Assembly (NCBI GenBank): GCA_013239625.1
Contig: MU054391.1
Location: 4,547,824-4,611,823 of the forward strand
Length of the DNA stretch: 64,000 nt
DNA from: Lama guanicoe
Taxonomy: Eukaryota
Direction of reading: 5' to 3'
Shown here piece by piece: positions 63,641 to 64,000 of the stretch. Made by a program: the position numbers and the translations under genes. The stretch's first letter is position 1. Each line of letters opens with the position of its first letter. Under the pieces are notes generated by a model that did no database searches, was not told the DNA's origin, and worked only from the letters and a program-made list of their open reading frames with translations.

Positions 63641-64000
63641 AGCACGTGATAAGCTCTGAATAACTTCACACAATTATCAAGAAGAAAGGAGCCACAGAGA
63701 TATGTCCCAGAGCAGAAGGAAAACCGAAGATCAGGTCCCAGGAGGGCTGGAGCCGGGGCAGCGGTTCATACGGCCCAGCCCCTGGCCGTCTCTGCTCCAG
63801 GCGCCGGCAAGCTAGGCTCCGACCACTTTTGCAGTTCGCAGGCGGGATTCTGACTGGCCGGCTTGGGGCCTGTCACAGAGATAAGGCCCCGGGGGACTGG
63901 GGCCATCGCACTCTGCGAGAACATTCCAGACACGGGCAACCGACGCCACGGTGTTGGAGGCAACCCAGGAGGTCTGGTAGACCTGGGGCTTGGCATTTGC

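Overview
Mammalian genomic DNA, most likely from a camelid (inferred from a vic-1-like tRNA-derived SINE at 21340 and artiodactyl-type L1 3' ends). I could not recognise any protein-coding gene, RNA gene or CRISPR-like array. The listed ORFs read as chance ORFs or decayed LINE/LTR sequence. The window looks like a large intron or gene desert: a ~14 kb stack of nested L1 remnants (4.4-18.1 kb), a further 3 kb L1 (29.2-32.3 kb), many MIR/L2/MaLR/hAT fossils, three well-preserved ERV1-type solo LTRs (37658-38290, 40334-40933, 46829-47444), and unique stretches rich in homeodomain/E-box motifs that may be enhancers. The most notable structures are: (1) a solo LTR whose U3 is a ~24-bp-periodic array of CCAAT boxes with two perfect octamer sites; (2) a TSD-bounded short L1 carrying an apparent 3' transduction with its own polyA signal; (3) an L1 whose 5'UTR is fused directly to the end of ORF2. 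I found no evidence of a new multi-gene system. Repeat subfamily names come from recalled consensus similarity and need RepeatMasker/Dfam confirmation. Most repeat boundaries are approximate unless a TSD is quoted.
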